From positions 10,556-74,555 of the forward strand of contig JAZLAQ010000026.1 in NCBI GenBank assembly GCA_045613285.1: a stretch of 64,000 bases of DNA, given 5' to 3'. A model generated the notes under the pieces. That model had not been told where the DNA came from. It worked only from the letters and a program-made list of their open reading frames with translations, and searched no databases. Below are positions 9,859 through 18,861 of the stretch, in pieces (position 1 is the first letter of the stretch; each line of letters begins with the position of its first letter). A program made the position numbers and the translations under genes. This stretch comes from Alphaproteobacteria bacterium. GTDB taxonomy: Bacteria; Pseudomonadota; Alphaproteobacteria; CAAHEQ01; UBA3637.

Positions 9859-10863
9859 TTACTTGGTAAGGGTTGGTCGGAAAATCAGTTGATCAATACG
9901 ATTTCCGAATGCAACGGTTACTGTATCTTTTTTTATCTCACGAATGACATGACCAGATGGCAATATATCATTTTTCTTGACGATAATTTCTTCATTGTTT
10001 TCTTTGTTCTTTAACCGAGCAGATAAATCATTACCGACACCTTTTATACTGATAATTGTGTATAATTCTTCAATCATTGGTGCTGTGTAATCCGTTTCGG
10101 AGACAGGCATATCCGCTGTTGCTTCGGTAATTGATGCTGTCGGATTTTTTAATCGATTCATAGCTTCTGTTCGAGCTTGCTCACGAATAGCTTCCTGTTC
10201 GGAAATTTTACGTGCCAGTTCTTCCTCTTCCATTTTTTTCTTTTCAATTTCCAATCGCAGATTTTCCTGTTCTTGCCACCATTGGATACGACTGCGGACA
10301 ACATCTTCACGTTTGGCAATTTCATCCAAACGATCTTGACGATAAACAGCTTTTAAATCTTCTAAATCATTTTTTAATTTTTCTTTTTCTAATTGAAGTT
10401 TTAAGAAAGTATTTCCCCGTTCTAAATCAGCCATTTCTTGGAAAACTTCCGGTGTAATACGACCAAGTAATTGTTCATTCGGCATATCTTTCCCTGAAAC
10501 AGACGGAGCCATTGGTAATGGACCATCCAGCGGTGTTTCAACGATTCCCGGCAAGGGGGCTAATTCTAAGCTACCCAAAGAGGGTCGGTTTGGAAAGTCA
10601 ACAATGCTTTTTCCTGCGATATTTGGGACTTTTAAAGTTTCTTCTAATCGACGTTTATTTTCTGCCTGTATATCGGTATCTGATAAACCTTCAGGGCTTT
10701 TTATATCAGGTAGAGCGACAGGCATTGGTAAATCAGATACAGCTTCAGGCGCCGGGATAGCCATTGGTTCCCCTTTTAGTTCTGTTTGAGTCATACCTAA
10801 TTTAGGCATGGTGCTGAATGCAGTTAAAACCAAGAATAATGTTAAGAATTTTTTATTTTGCAT
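9859..10863 (-). CDS. Periplasmic coiled-coil protein of the pilus/secretion operon (PilP-position component)
   Basis: Signal peptide MQNKKFLTLFLVLTAFS, then a charged coiled-coil segment (LQLEKEKLKNDLEDLKAVYRQDRLDEIAKRED...). Assignment is by position in the operon only. The start was chosen at the internal Met. Confidence 0.5.
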   Translation of the reverse strand: MQNKKFLTLFLVLTAFSTMPKLGMTQTELKGEPMAIPAPEAVSDLPMPVALPDIKSPEGLSDTDIQAENKRRLEETLKVPNIAGKSIVDFPNRPSLGSLELAPLPGIVETPLDGPLPMAPSVSGKDMPNEQLLGRITPEVFQEMADLERGNTFLKLQLEKEKLKNDLEDLKAVYRQDRLDEIAKREDVVRSRIQWWQEQENLRLEIEKKKMEEEELARKISEQEAIREQARTEAMNRLKNPTASITEATADMPVSETDYTAPMIEELYTIISIKGVGNDLSARLKNKENNEEIIVKKNDILPSGHVIREIKKDTVTVAFGNRIDQLIFRPTLTK

Positions 10864-12178
10864 AGATTTTCCCCTCATAAGTCCATTTGTTTTTTGAGCC
10901 AATTGTCGGATCGTAACTGATTTTTACAAATTCCAATCCTGAAAATTTATCAAAGAAAGTTTTCCATTCCCAAGGTGAATATGGAGAACTAACAGATATT
11001 GTATAGTATCTGTATACCGTTTGATTTAATGGTGCCGTGCCATCCGGATTATCGGGCGGATCTTTGACAGTTTGTTCTGAAAATTGTATCGGTAGTCCGG
11101 TAGCTTGTTTGATATCCGTCAATTGTTCTTTTAGCTGACTGGTTGTTAATGACGGTAAAGAAACAATCAATGGAATATCGGAATAAGTAATACTGGCACT
11201 GGCTGATGTTCCGGAAGTATCCCGTGAAATATTAACTTTACTCATTTGATATTCTTCCAAAGCCGTTTTTAACCAAGATAATCTGGCACCGCGTTCATTT
11301 GTAATGCTCCAGTTAGTGGTTAGGCCTGTTGGCGTACAATCAATTTTGCCGATTTTCCAGTATGGAATGGTAACAGAACTAAGCTGATACGCATTATTCC
11401 AACAACGGCTTAGAAATGCATTCGTTTCAGGCATTCTTTCCCACGGTTTTGGTTTTTCCGGAACCGGTTCAATCGGACGAACAACATCCGGTTTTGGCAA
11501 GGTTATAATCTCATCCGGTTCAAAAACACTAATCAAGAAAGAAAATGCCAGATAAAGTAAGAAACCTACTGCTGCAAGAACGCCAATAGCTAGAAAGACC
11601 AATATTTGAGTTCTTTTGGCTGCACTCAATTCAAATAAACGAGTCTTACGAACGTTTGCAATTAAACTTTTTAATTCTTGTTGAACACTACCTTCAACAC
11701 CCCATTCGGCGGGCACGATTTTTATATCCCAATCCGGAACAGCCATCATAGCAAAAAAGGTTCGTTTTGCTTCATCTTCTGTTTCAAATAGAACATCTTC
11801 TTCTGCTAAAATCAAGTCATTTCGGATAGCAACAAACCACCAACCCTCAGGGACTTTAAAAATACAGCAGGCAGAGGTTTTGCTGGATAATGCCGTTGCA
11901 ACAGAAGCAGCTAAAGCGGGTTCACCGCTGTAATGACCTAGAGTTGTTTTACCTAAACCGTATTGAGGTGTGGTGGAAATACGTTGACAGTAAAGGTCTG
12001 CACCAGGCTCTGATTCCATAGCCTCCCGGATTTCTGGAATGGAGTCATCTTGATTCTGGATGGGAGCCCACACTAAACCAACGGCATATTTTGTGTCGTT
12101 AACCGTAACACACCCAACCGACTTTGTCGGTCTATCCGATGTTTGTAAACTATCCAAACGGTCCGTTGTTTCTGCCAT
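10853..12178 (-). CDS. Bitopic inner-membrane protein of the pilus/secretion operon (PilO/BfpC/GspL-position component)
   Basis: 441 aa. A ~190-aa cytoplasmic domain is followed by one TM (LVFLAIGVLAAVGFLLYLAFSFLISVF) and a ~220-aa periplasmic domain. This topology and size fit R64 PilO or GspL-like assembly proteins. No motif-level identification was possible. Confidence 0.45.
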   Translation of the reverse strand: MAETTDRLDSLQTSDRPTKSVGCVTVNDTKYAVGLVWAPIQNQDDSIPEIREAMESEPGADLYCQRISTTPQYGLGKTTLGHYSGEPALAASVATALSSKTSACCIFKVPEGWWFVAIRNDLILAEEDVLFETEDEAKRTFFAMMAVPDWDIKIVPAEWGVEGSVQQELKSLIANVRKTRLFELSAAKRTQILVFLAIGVLAAVGFLLYLAFSFLISVFEPDEIITLPKPDVVRPIEPVPEKPKPWERMPETNAFLSRCWNNAYQLSSVTIPYWKIGKIDCTPTGLTTNWSITNERGARLSWLKTALEEYQMSKVNISRDTSGTSASASITYSDIPLIVSLPSLTTSQLKEQLTDIKQATGLPIQFSEQTVKDPPDNPDGTAPLNQTVYRYYTISVSSPYSPWEWKTFFDKFSGLEFVKISYDPTIGSKNKWTYEGKIYAK

Positions 12179-12186
12179 GATTTCTC

Positions 12187-13833
12187 CTAAAACTCACGCA
12201 TTCTTGCTTCTGGTGACATCGGGGATTCTAAAACCTCCGGCGTCATTAAAATAACGATGACGTCTCGACGATTGCTGTTGTAAGCACGGCCACCTAATAA
12301 GCTCATTTTTGCTTGTCCGATACCGGATGTATTCATTGAATCATTGACTTGTTCAAAACCAGTCAAGACCAAAGTAGAACCGGACTTCATGGCAATTTCC
12401 TGCATAAAGCCACGCATTTGCATTTTAGGTAATTGTACCGTTGTGGATTCTTGGTTTGTACTGTCTTCATCGTCATCCTCATTTTCATTATCGTTATTTG
12501 TGTCTTTTGTGCTGGATGAGAATGTTTCCAGAGCCAATAAATCAGAAATCGTCATGGAAAACAGAACAATTAAACGGCCATGATCTAATATTCTAGGCAA
12601 GATTTCCATCGTGAAACCGTAGTTCAGTGTATCCGTTTGCATATCAATTTCGGAATCATTGTCATCCGAACCACTATAGTTCGTCACATTGACTTCCTTT
12701 ACATAGTTTTGCGAGGTAGTAATTTGAACCGGAGCCACTTTATTGTTTAAGGTTGTAACACTGGAACTGGTTACTAAAGATGTTTTCCCTTGTGTTGAAA
12801 AAGCTTCAATCAGAGCAGATGAATCTTTCCAGTCAGAACTGGGGCGGAGTAATGTCATAGACAATAAACCGGCACCAACACCTGTTGTAGAGGCGATTGT
12901 ATAGGGACTGGCAAATGTAGATGCAATATTTTTAGAATTAAAGACAGCTTGCAAATCTAGACCATAATTGTCCGTGTTGTCCAGTTGAACCTGTAATACT
13001 TTGACTGAAATGGCGACCTGACGGGACAGTTTTTCGTTCCAGTTAGCAATATAAGAAGCAACTTTTTGCATCATATATGGACTGGCTGTAACGGTTATTG
13101 TACCTGCTACACGACTGAATGACAAAGTTCCGTTTTCACCAACAACCTGTTTAACACCTTCTTCAATGCTGTCCCACAGAGCTAAATTGGCAGATGTGGA
13201 CAAAGAAGATGATGTATTCCCACCGGCACCGTTGCTGGTTCCACTACCCATTGTCGTACCTTGTAAATCGGCAGACATTGTTGTTTCTGTTGGCAAAGCG
13301 TAGATGGTAAAAACGCGAGTTTCTTTTGTGAAGAAATTGATGCTGCCGTTTTTATAACGCCACCAGACACCGTATCTATTGGATATGTAGTTTAACAACC
13401 CACTCAATTTTCCGGCATAATTTACCGGAACGGTCTCCGTTGGGACGGCTGATTCGGACTTTAAGTCATCCAAACGGACAGTAATGCCTGTCATGTCTGT
13501 GATTTCTTGTGCTAATGCTTGTAATGTAGCACTTTCTGAAATCATTAAAGTAATACTGTCATCTTGTTCCAGTTGAATAGGCAAGGGATCGCCTTCCATA
13601 ATCTTAACGCTGGAATTACCTAACCAGATGTCATTTTGCATCCGAACCGTATCCACAGGAGTCGGCATATCCGGTATGGTTGCCTGTAATTGATATTCTT
13701 CAATCCGTTCCAAGGCAGTTTCAATTTTTTCGTTTGTTTTTGCTACATATCTATCACAACCGGACAACATAAATATACCGCCGATTAAACCCAATAAAAT
13801 ACCTTTTTTGAATGAATTAACGTTCATTTTCAT
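12187..13833 (-). CDS. Secretin (lipoprotein type, PilN/BfpB/TcpC-like)
   Basis: N-terminal lipobox ...IFMLSGC. The Gly/Ser/Thr-rich C-terminal half ends in the secretin-like ...RRDVIVILMTPEVL motif. 548 aa is typical of type IVb lipoprotein secretins. Confidence 0.7.
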   Translation of the reverse strand: MKMNVNSFKKGILLGLIGGIFMLSGCDRYVAKTNEKIETALERIEEYQLQATIPDMPTPVDTVRMQNDIWLGNSSVKIMEGDPLPIQLEQDDSITLMISESATLQALAQEITDMTGITVRLDDLKSESAVPTETVPVNYAGKLSGLLNYISNRYGVWWRYKNGSINFFTKETRVFTIYALPTETTMSADLQGTTMGSGTSNGAGGNTSSSLSTSANLALWDSIEEGVKQVVGENGTLSFSRVAGTITVTASPYMMQKVASYIANWNEKLSRQVAISVKVLQVQLDNTDNYGLDLQAVFNSKNIASTFASPYTIASTTGVGAGLLSMTLLRPSSDWKDSSALIEAFSTQGKTSLVTSSSVTTLNNKVAPVQITTSQNYVKEVNVTNYSGSDDNDSEIDMQTDTLNYGFTMEILPRILDHGRLIVLFSMTISDLLALETFSSSTKDTNNDNENEDDDEDSTNQESTTVQLPKMQMRGFMQEIAMKSGSTLVLTGFEQVNDSMNTSGIGQAKMSLLGGRAYNSNRRDVIVILMTPEVLESPMSPEARMREF

Positions 13834-14704
13834 CCTCCACCGTATTGATGACTAAAACTCTGTTCCCCTGATAGAATGTTCCAATTGGTGCTGGGGTTGC
13901 CCTTGCAAATGACCGAATTAATGCAGATGAAGCATCTGTAAACGTGCCACGGAAAATAACACCTGCTTCTAAATGATAATCACGATCCAGTTTCCAAACA
14001 ACTGTCCAACCGGATTTTCCACCCCAATCCAACAATAGTTCGCGTAATGTGGCACCGGCATAAGCTTCCCAATCATGAACCGATGTCCCGTAAGCCAGTT
14101 TTTCATTCAGTGTATCCCCTGTTTTGATATGATCATCGGTCTGACTCTTCTGAATTTTCGTTGTTGTTTCAGTTATTGTTGTTTTAACTTTCTTTAACGG
14201 AATCTTGTTACTGGGAATTGTAATAAAAGCCTCATCTTTTGCGGACAGGTTTTCTTCTGCAGGTGGATATTGTTTTGCCACAAGTTCTTCCGTCAAAATT
14301 TCGTCAGTAAGAGTATCTGCTTTATCTGTTTCAATTGTTGTCAGTTCTTCTTCATCGAAGGAAATATAAAGATTATCGGATACGTCTTCTTGTTTCATGC
14401 TTTCACGAACGGATGTTGTCTGGTATCCTGCAGGTCGGGATAAAGACACAACATCATCCCAAGAATCCTCTTCCTCAACAATCTGAATAAAATCGGAATC
14501 TTCATCACAAGGTTCTTCGGTTACTTCCACCCAGTCAGAATCATCTTCGAATGTATCTGCTAAAAACATATCACTTTCTAATACGTTTTCATCAAAGAAA
14601 GCAACTTCTTCGGCACGAACAGAGCCTCCGGCCAAAATGAGGGCCGTTCCCAACAAGAACGCTTTTCTAAAATTATTTTGCTTTTTCATGTTTAACTCCT
14701 TCAT
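13817..14704 (-). CDS. Acidic periplasmic protein of the pilus/secretion operon, possibly a secretin-associated (TcpQ/pilotin-like) component
   Basis: Signal peptide (FLLGTALILAGGSVRA), then a very acidic middle, then a conserved-looking C-terminal domain (WTVVWKLDRDYHLEAGVIFRGTFTDASSALIRSF). It lies immediately upstream of the secretin and the two genes overlap. Confidence 0.4.
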   Translation of the reverse strand: MKELNMKKQNNFRKAFLLGTALILAGGSVRAEEVAFFDENVLESDMFLADTFEDDSDWVEVTEEPCDEDSDFIQIVEEEDSWDDVVSLSRPAGYQTTSVRESMKQEDVSDNLYISFDEEELTTIETDKADTLTDEILTEELVAKQYPPAEENLSAKDEAFITIPSNKIPLKKVKTTITETTTKIQKSQTDDHIKTGDTLNEKLAYGTSVHDWEAYAGATLRELLLDWGGKSGWTVVWKLDRDYHLEAGVIFRGTFTDASSALIRSFARATPAPIGTFYQGNRVLVINTVEDENER

Positions 14705-14713
14705 GTTTTATCC

Positions 14714-15739
14714 TTACCACCGAACAACCCGAGCCATACTTTTAGGTAATTTTTCGTCTTTTTTAGCCAGTTCTGTTTGGGCTGTTTCTTGGGCGGGAAT
14801 AGCCCTTAATAACATCGTATCAATAGGTCTGTTTGTATGTGAAACGATAATTTGATGTTGTGATAAACCCACACTTTTTAACACATTTTCCAACAATAAG
14901 ATCCGTTTATCCTGTAACCCAGCTTGTGCGCAACTGGTACGAATTTCAACAACTAAACGTGGGTCCTGCAAGGCCGCAACACCGAAAGCTTTTACCCACT
15001 TTAATGTTTGTCCTGAAACGGCACTTTCATTTGGATAAAATTTGATTCGCATTTCCTGAGGCATTAAGAACGGAACTTTATCACCGTTTCTTAAACGATT
15101 CGCCATTTGGTCGGCATATTCAGAAACAACAACAAATTTTTGTTTTCTTTCCAAAACAGGCTCTTCCATTTCAACATCCGGAACCTGAGCTAATGGTATC
15201 AGTAATTTACCTTTACGAGTTGGTTGTGAAACAGCAGTCGCTTTTGCCTTTGGAATTTGATGACCTGTTCCGATTTTTTTGGGTGATATAGATTTTGTTT
15301 GTTGAACCAATAAATCTAAATCCGTTTGTTCTTGTTGAATAATTTGTTTACGAACAACAGGTTTTGTTTCTAAAACCGGCCCTTTTTCTTCAACCAGATA
15401 ATTTTTTTCCAATGTTGTAATCACGGTTGGAGTAGGAGCCTTCTGTATTTGTACAGGAACTGTTTTTTCAGATTGAACAACTTTTTTTTCAACTGTTCTG
15501 GTAACAACAGCCGTTTCACCAGGTAACATATATGTCGGCAACAAGAAATCGCCATCTGCGGTAACGGTTGCTACGGAATCTTCTTTTAAGACATTTTGTT
15601 CATCCGGTAATAAGTCGTCAGAAAAAACAGATAAATCAGTATCTTCTGAATAGTATCCATCAGCAAAAACAGTATTTCCGGACAGCATCAGAAATAAAGC
15701 AGAAGTAATCCAAGTTGTTTGTTTTAAATAGTATTTCAT
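14714..15739 (-). CDS. Periplasmic protein, first gene of the pilus/secretion operon
   Basis: Signal peptide MKYYLKQTTWITSALFLMLSGNTVFA. An RBS (AAGGAAA) sits upstream of the start at 15739. The gene is followed by an AT-rich intergenic region. Function is unknown. Confidence 0.45.
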   Translation of the reverse strand: MKYYLKQTTWITSALFLMLSGNTVFADGYYSEDTDLSVFSDDLLPDEQNVLKEDSVATVTADGDFLLPTYMLPGETAVVTRTVEKKVVQSEKTVPVQIQKAPTPTVITTLEKNYLVEEKGPVLETKPVVRKQIIQQEQTDLDLLVQQTKSISPKKIGTGHQIPKAKATAVSQPTRKGKLLIPLAQVPDVEMEEPVLERKQKFVVVSEYADQMANRLRNGDKVPFLMPQEMRIKFYPNESAVSGQTLKWVKAFGVAALQDPRLVVEIRTSCAQAGLQDKRILLLENVLKSVGLSQHQIIVSHTNRPIDTMLLRAIPAQETAQTELAKKDEKLPKSMARVVRW

Positions 15740-15896
15740 ATTCATTTCCTTTTCGGCCAAAAGTTGGAATTGATAGAACATCTTTCGTCAAGCATACAAG
15801 ATAAATGTTTAACAATTTATTAACAGAATATTATTTTTTATTTATTTTTGCAAGAAAAATTTATTTTTTTTTAATTTTTTTACGAAATATCTTTTT

Positions 15897-15936
15897 TTTT
15901 AAATAAAAATGCCCTACCAAACACATGGTAGGGCAT
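15897..15936 (-). terminator. Rho-independent terminator for the small secreted-protein gene
   Basis: Stem atgccctacc/ggtagggcat with an 8-nt loop, followed on the minus strand by a T-run (ttttattt). Confidence 0.6.
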
Positions 15937-15953
15937 TGATTCTTTTTGATTTT

Positions 15954-16301
15954 TTAATCGTCATAAACGGTAACTTCTTCTACCCACCATCCTTCTGTCG
16001 GTGCAGGTGTGTATATAATTTCAACCCAATCATCTTCTTCCAATAAGGGTTTGTAGTATGAATCACCCTTGTTTAATTTCTTACCATGGTGCATTTTGCT
16101 ATATTTAAGTATTTTTTTCTTGCGATAAGTGGTGTTGTCATTTAATTGCATTGATTTTTCTGAACCATCTTGTGCTTTAACGGTGATGTCATTGCCGTTT
16201 TTTTGAATAACCTGACCGGAAACTGTTTCGGCGTGTCCTAAAGTTGTCATACTTAAACCGATAGTCATGATACCAAACATAAGTGCAGTATTGAATTTCA
16301 T
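15954..16301 (-). CDS. Small secreted protein (hypothetical)
   Basis: 115 aa with an N-terminal signal peptide (MKFNTALMFGIMTIGLSMTTLGHA). A terminator lies downstream. Confidence 0.5.
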   Translation of the reverse strand: MKFNTALMFGIMTIGLSMTTLGHAETVSGQVIQKNGNDITVKAQDGSEKSMQLNDNTTYRKKKILKYSKMHHGKKLNKGDSYYKPLLEEDDWVEIIYTPAPTEGWWVEEVTVYDD

Positions 16302-16439
16302 TTTTTCCTCCTTTTTAGAAATAATACCTTAAATCATTTAATGTATTTTTCTGTTATGTACCAGTCGTCTTTTGTCTAGATTGTCAGTTTTCATTTGCTC
16401 TATTATTTTATAAGAGGTCAAATAACAAAGGAGGAAAAA

Positions 16440-17024
16440 ATGACTTATGGAACAAGATATCCGACATTAGCTTTTTACACAGGTGGCGCCGGTCAGGCAG
16501 AAGATGGTATCCCGCCACAACCGTTTGAAACATTTTGCTATGATTCGGCATTGACACAGGCAAAGATTCAGGATTTTAATGTTATCCCTTATACATCTGT
16601 TTTGCCACCGGAATTATTTGGAAATATTGTCCCGGTGGATCAGGTGGCTCATACCTTTAAACATGGTGCCGTTTTGGAAGTTATTATGGCTGGAAATGGT
16701 GCCAGACGGGAAGAACACAAAGCGATCGCGACGGGTGTTGGTATTGTGTGGGGTAAAAAAGGAAATAACTTTATCGGTGGTTGGGCGGCAGAGTACGTTG
16801 AGTATTTTGATACTTATATAGATGATGATATCGCAAAAGCCCATGCGGAAATGTGGTTGACAAAGTCTTTGAACCACGAATTAGAATTGCGGGGAATGAA
16901 ACAACACAGTGACTTTCAGTTTTTTCATAACTTTGTCAATATTGAACAGGCTTTTGGATATTCATTGACAGCATTGGGATTTATCAATTTTGAAAATGCA
17001 CCGGCCGTTGAAATTCAAAAATAA
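16440..17024 (+). CDS. Pyruvoyl-dependent arginine decarboxylase-like protein (PdaD/AaxB family)
   Basis: ~194 aa. RBS AGGAGGA is 7 nt upstream of the ATG. The motif [13 protein letters not shown] parallels the self-cleavage site of pyruvoyl arginine decarboxylases (Ser-Ser in archaeal PdaD, Thr-Ser in chlamydial AaxB). It is adjacent to an ArcD-family antiporter. Confidence 0.55.
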   Translation: MTYGTRYPTLAFYTGGAGQAEDGIPPQPFETFCYDSALTQAKIQDFNVIPYTSVLPPELFGNIVPVDQVAHTFKHGAVLEVIMAGNGARREEHKAIATGVGIVWGKKGNNFIGGWAAEYVEYFDTYIDDDIAKAHAEMWLTKSLNHELELRGMKQHSDFQFFHNFVNIEQAFGYSLTALGFINFENAPAVEIQK

Positions 17025-17099
17025 GCTGCTTTTTTAAAAGAACAGGGCGTTCGGGAAATTTTTTCCGATTCGCCCTTATTTAATAATAAGGAAAAAAAG

Positions 17100-18563
17100 A
17101 TGAAAAAAAATAAAATTCAAAAAACAACTGCGATCGGTAAGCTTGGCGTTTTTGGGTTAGCCGGTATTGTGGTTAGCTCCATGATTGGTGGAGGGATTTT
17201 TTCTTTGCCTCAGAATATGGCACAAAGCGCTTCGGTAGGCGCCGTTATTTTAGCATGGATTATCACAGGTTTTGGAATGTATTTTATTGCGAATACATTT
17301 CGAATACTATCTGATTCTCGTCCAGATTTAACATCTGGTATTTATATGTATGCCCGAACAGGATTTGGACCTTATATGGGATTTAATATCGGGTGGAGTT
17401 ATTGGCTTTGTCAAATTTTTGGTAATGTCGGTTATGCCGTTATTACAATGGATGCCTTTAACTATTTCTTTCCAGGAGTGTTTACTGGTGGTAATAACCT
17501 GTATTCCATTATTGGTGGGTCTTTCTTGATTTGGTTCTTTAATTGGTTGGTTTTACGTGGAGTTAAACAAGCTACTTTAATTAATTTAATTGTAACAATT
17601 GCTAAAATTGTTCCATTAGTTTTATTTATTGTTATTATGGCTATTGTCTTTAATCGTGATAAGTTTGACTTTGATTTTTGGGGTAGGTTGAGTACGGATA
17701 AATTGGGTGATATCGGGACGCAAATTAAAAACACGATGTTAGTGACCTTGTGGGCATTTATCGGGATTGAAGGGGCAGTGGTTCTGTCAGGACGTGCTGA
17801 AAAACAAACAGATGTCGGACGAGCAACTTTGATTGGTTATTTAGGATGTTTGGCAATTTATGTTTTGTTGTCAATCTTACCATTTGGGTTTATGGACAGA
17901 GAACAATTGGCTGTTATTGCCAATCCATCGACAGCAGGTGTTTTGGAACAAGTTGTCGGTCCTTGGGGGGCTTGGTTAATGAATGCAGGTGTGATTGTTG
18001 CTATTTTAGCAAGTTGGTTGTCTTGGACAATGATTGTTGCAGAAATGCCGCATGCAATGGCTAAAAACGGAACATTCCCGAAATTTTTCAGTCATGAAAA
18101 TAAAAATGGTTCACCAAATGTTTCTTTATGGATTACCAGCTTATTAATGCAGTCAGCGATGATCTTGGTTTATTTTGCTAACAATGCTTGGAATACAATG
18201 CTTTCAATTACGGGGGTCATGGTGTTGCCGGCGTATTTGATGTCTTGTGTTTTCCTATGGAAACTGTGTGCCGATCATGAATATTCGAGTAAAACAGCCG
18301 GTGTTAGTCGGTTTTCAGCGTTGATGACGGCAATTTTTGGAACGGGATATGCTATTTGGCTGTTATATGCTGCCGGTTTGGAATACCTGTTGATGGCGGT
18401 TATCTTTATTGCCTTTGGAATACCGGTATACGTTTGGGCTTGTCATGATAATAAAGTTAAAACACCTTGGTTTGACGAGCCGGAAAGGGCTTTGATGATT
18501 GCTATTTTAGCGATTTCTTGTGTAGCGATTTATGCTTTTACGCATGGGTTGATTACTTTGTAA
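17100..18563 (+). CDS. APC-superfamily arginine/ornithine or arginine/agmatine antiporter (ArcD/AaxC-like)
   Basis: 487 aa, about 12 TMs. GGGIFSLPQNMAQ and NTMLVTLWAFIGIEGAVVLSGRA closely match ArcD signature regions. Confidence 0.8.
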   Translation: MKKNKIQKTTAIGKLGVFGLAGIVVSSMIGGGIFSLPQNMAQSASVGAVILAWIITGFGMYFIANTFRILSDSRPDLTSGIYMYARTGFGPYMGFNIGWSYWLCQIFGNVGYAVITMDAFNYFFPGVFTGGNNLYSIIGGSFLIWFFNWLVLRGVKQATLINLIVTIAKIVPLVLFIVIMAIVFNRDKFDFDFWGRLSTDKLGDIGTQIKNTMLVTLWAFIGIEGAVVLSGRAEKQTDVGRATLIGYLGCLAIYVLLSILPFGFMDREQLAVIANPSTAGVLEQVVGPWGAWLMNAGVIVAILASWLSWTMIVAEMPHAMAKNGTFPKFFSHENKNGSPNVSLWITSLLMQSAMILVYFANNAWNTMLSITGVMVLPAYLMSCVFLWKLCADHEYSSKTAGVSRFSALMTAIFGTGYAIWLLYAAGLEYLLMAVIFIAFGIPVYVWACHDNKVKTPWFDEPERALMIAILAISCVAIYAFTHGLITL

Positions 18564-18582
18564 TAGGATAAAAGATATTGAA

Positions 18583-18610
18583 CAGAGGGGGAAATCTCCT
18601 CTGTTTTTTT
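18583..18610 (+). terminator. Rho-independent terminator after the antiporter gene
   Basis: cagagg-gggaaatct-cctctg hairpin followed by T7. Confidence 0.7.
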
Positions 18611-18663
18611 ATTGTTTTTAAACTTTAGAAATCTATTTGTTTTTCAATTTGATATGCATGAAA

Positions 18664-18694
18664 TAACTATATTAAATCTAGACGGTCGTCTAGA
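18664..18694. promoter_or_regulatory. Operator-like motif copy 1, containing a near-perfect 18-bp palindrome tctagacggtcgtctaga
   Basis: The motif aactatattaaatctagacg recurs at 18810-18834, overlapping the -10 region of a TTGTCA promoter upstream of pilin-like gene 1. A gatatgcatgaaa/gatatacatgaaa element lies beside each copy but on opposite sides. Confidence 0.45.
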
Positions 18695-18809
18695 CTTCAT
18701 ATATTATCAACTTATTTAATTTTAAAAAATAAGTCAAGAAAAAAATAAAAAACGGCCTGTATTTCTGTCAATTTTTAAAATGCATGTTTCTTTTGTCAAA
18801 AATAGGGAT

Positions 18810-18834
18810 ACTATATTAAATCTAGACGACCGTT
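18810..18834. promoter_or_regulatory. Operator-like motif copy 2, overlapping the putative promoter of pilin-like gene 1
   Basis: actatattaaatctagacgaccg is a direct repeat of copy 1. TTGTCA at 18793-18798 lies just upstream. Confidence 0.4.
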
Positions 18835-18861
18835 TATTGATATACATGAAAGGATAAAACA

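Noticed and set aside
6439-15739. Calling the operon a Tad/Flp (CpaC-CpaF-TadBC) pilus, the commonest pilus in alphaproteobacteria
   Set aside because: The ATPase has the C-terminal tetracysteine motif of GspE/PilB, which TadA/CpaF lack. The secretin is a lipoprotein of T4b size. There is a single 376-aa GspF-like platform rather than TadB+TadC. No Flp pilin, TadZ/CpaE or CpaB signatures are seen.
16579-16877. ORFs 16579..16821 (+) and 16614..16877 (-) inside the arginine decarboxylase-like gene
   Set aside because: Alternative-frame ORFs within a CDS that has a strong RBS and a conserved motif; no independent support.
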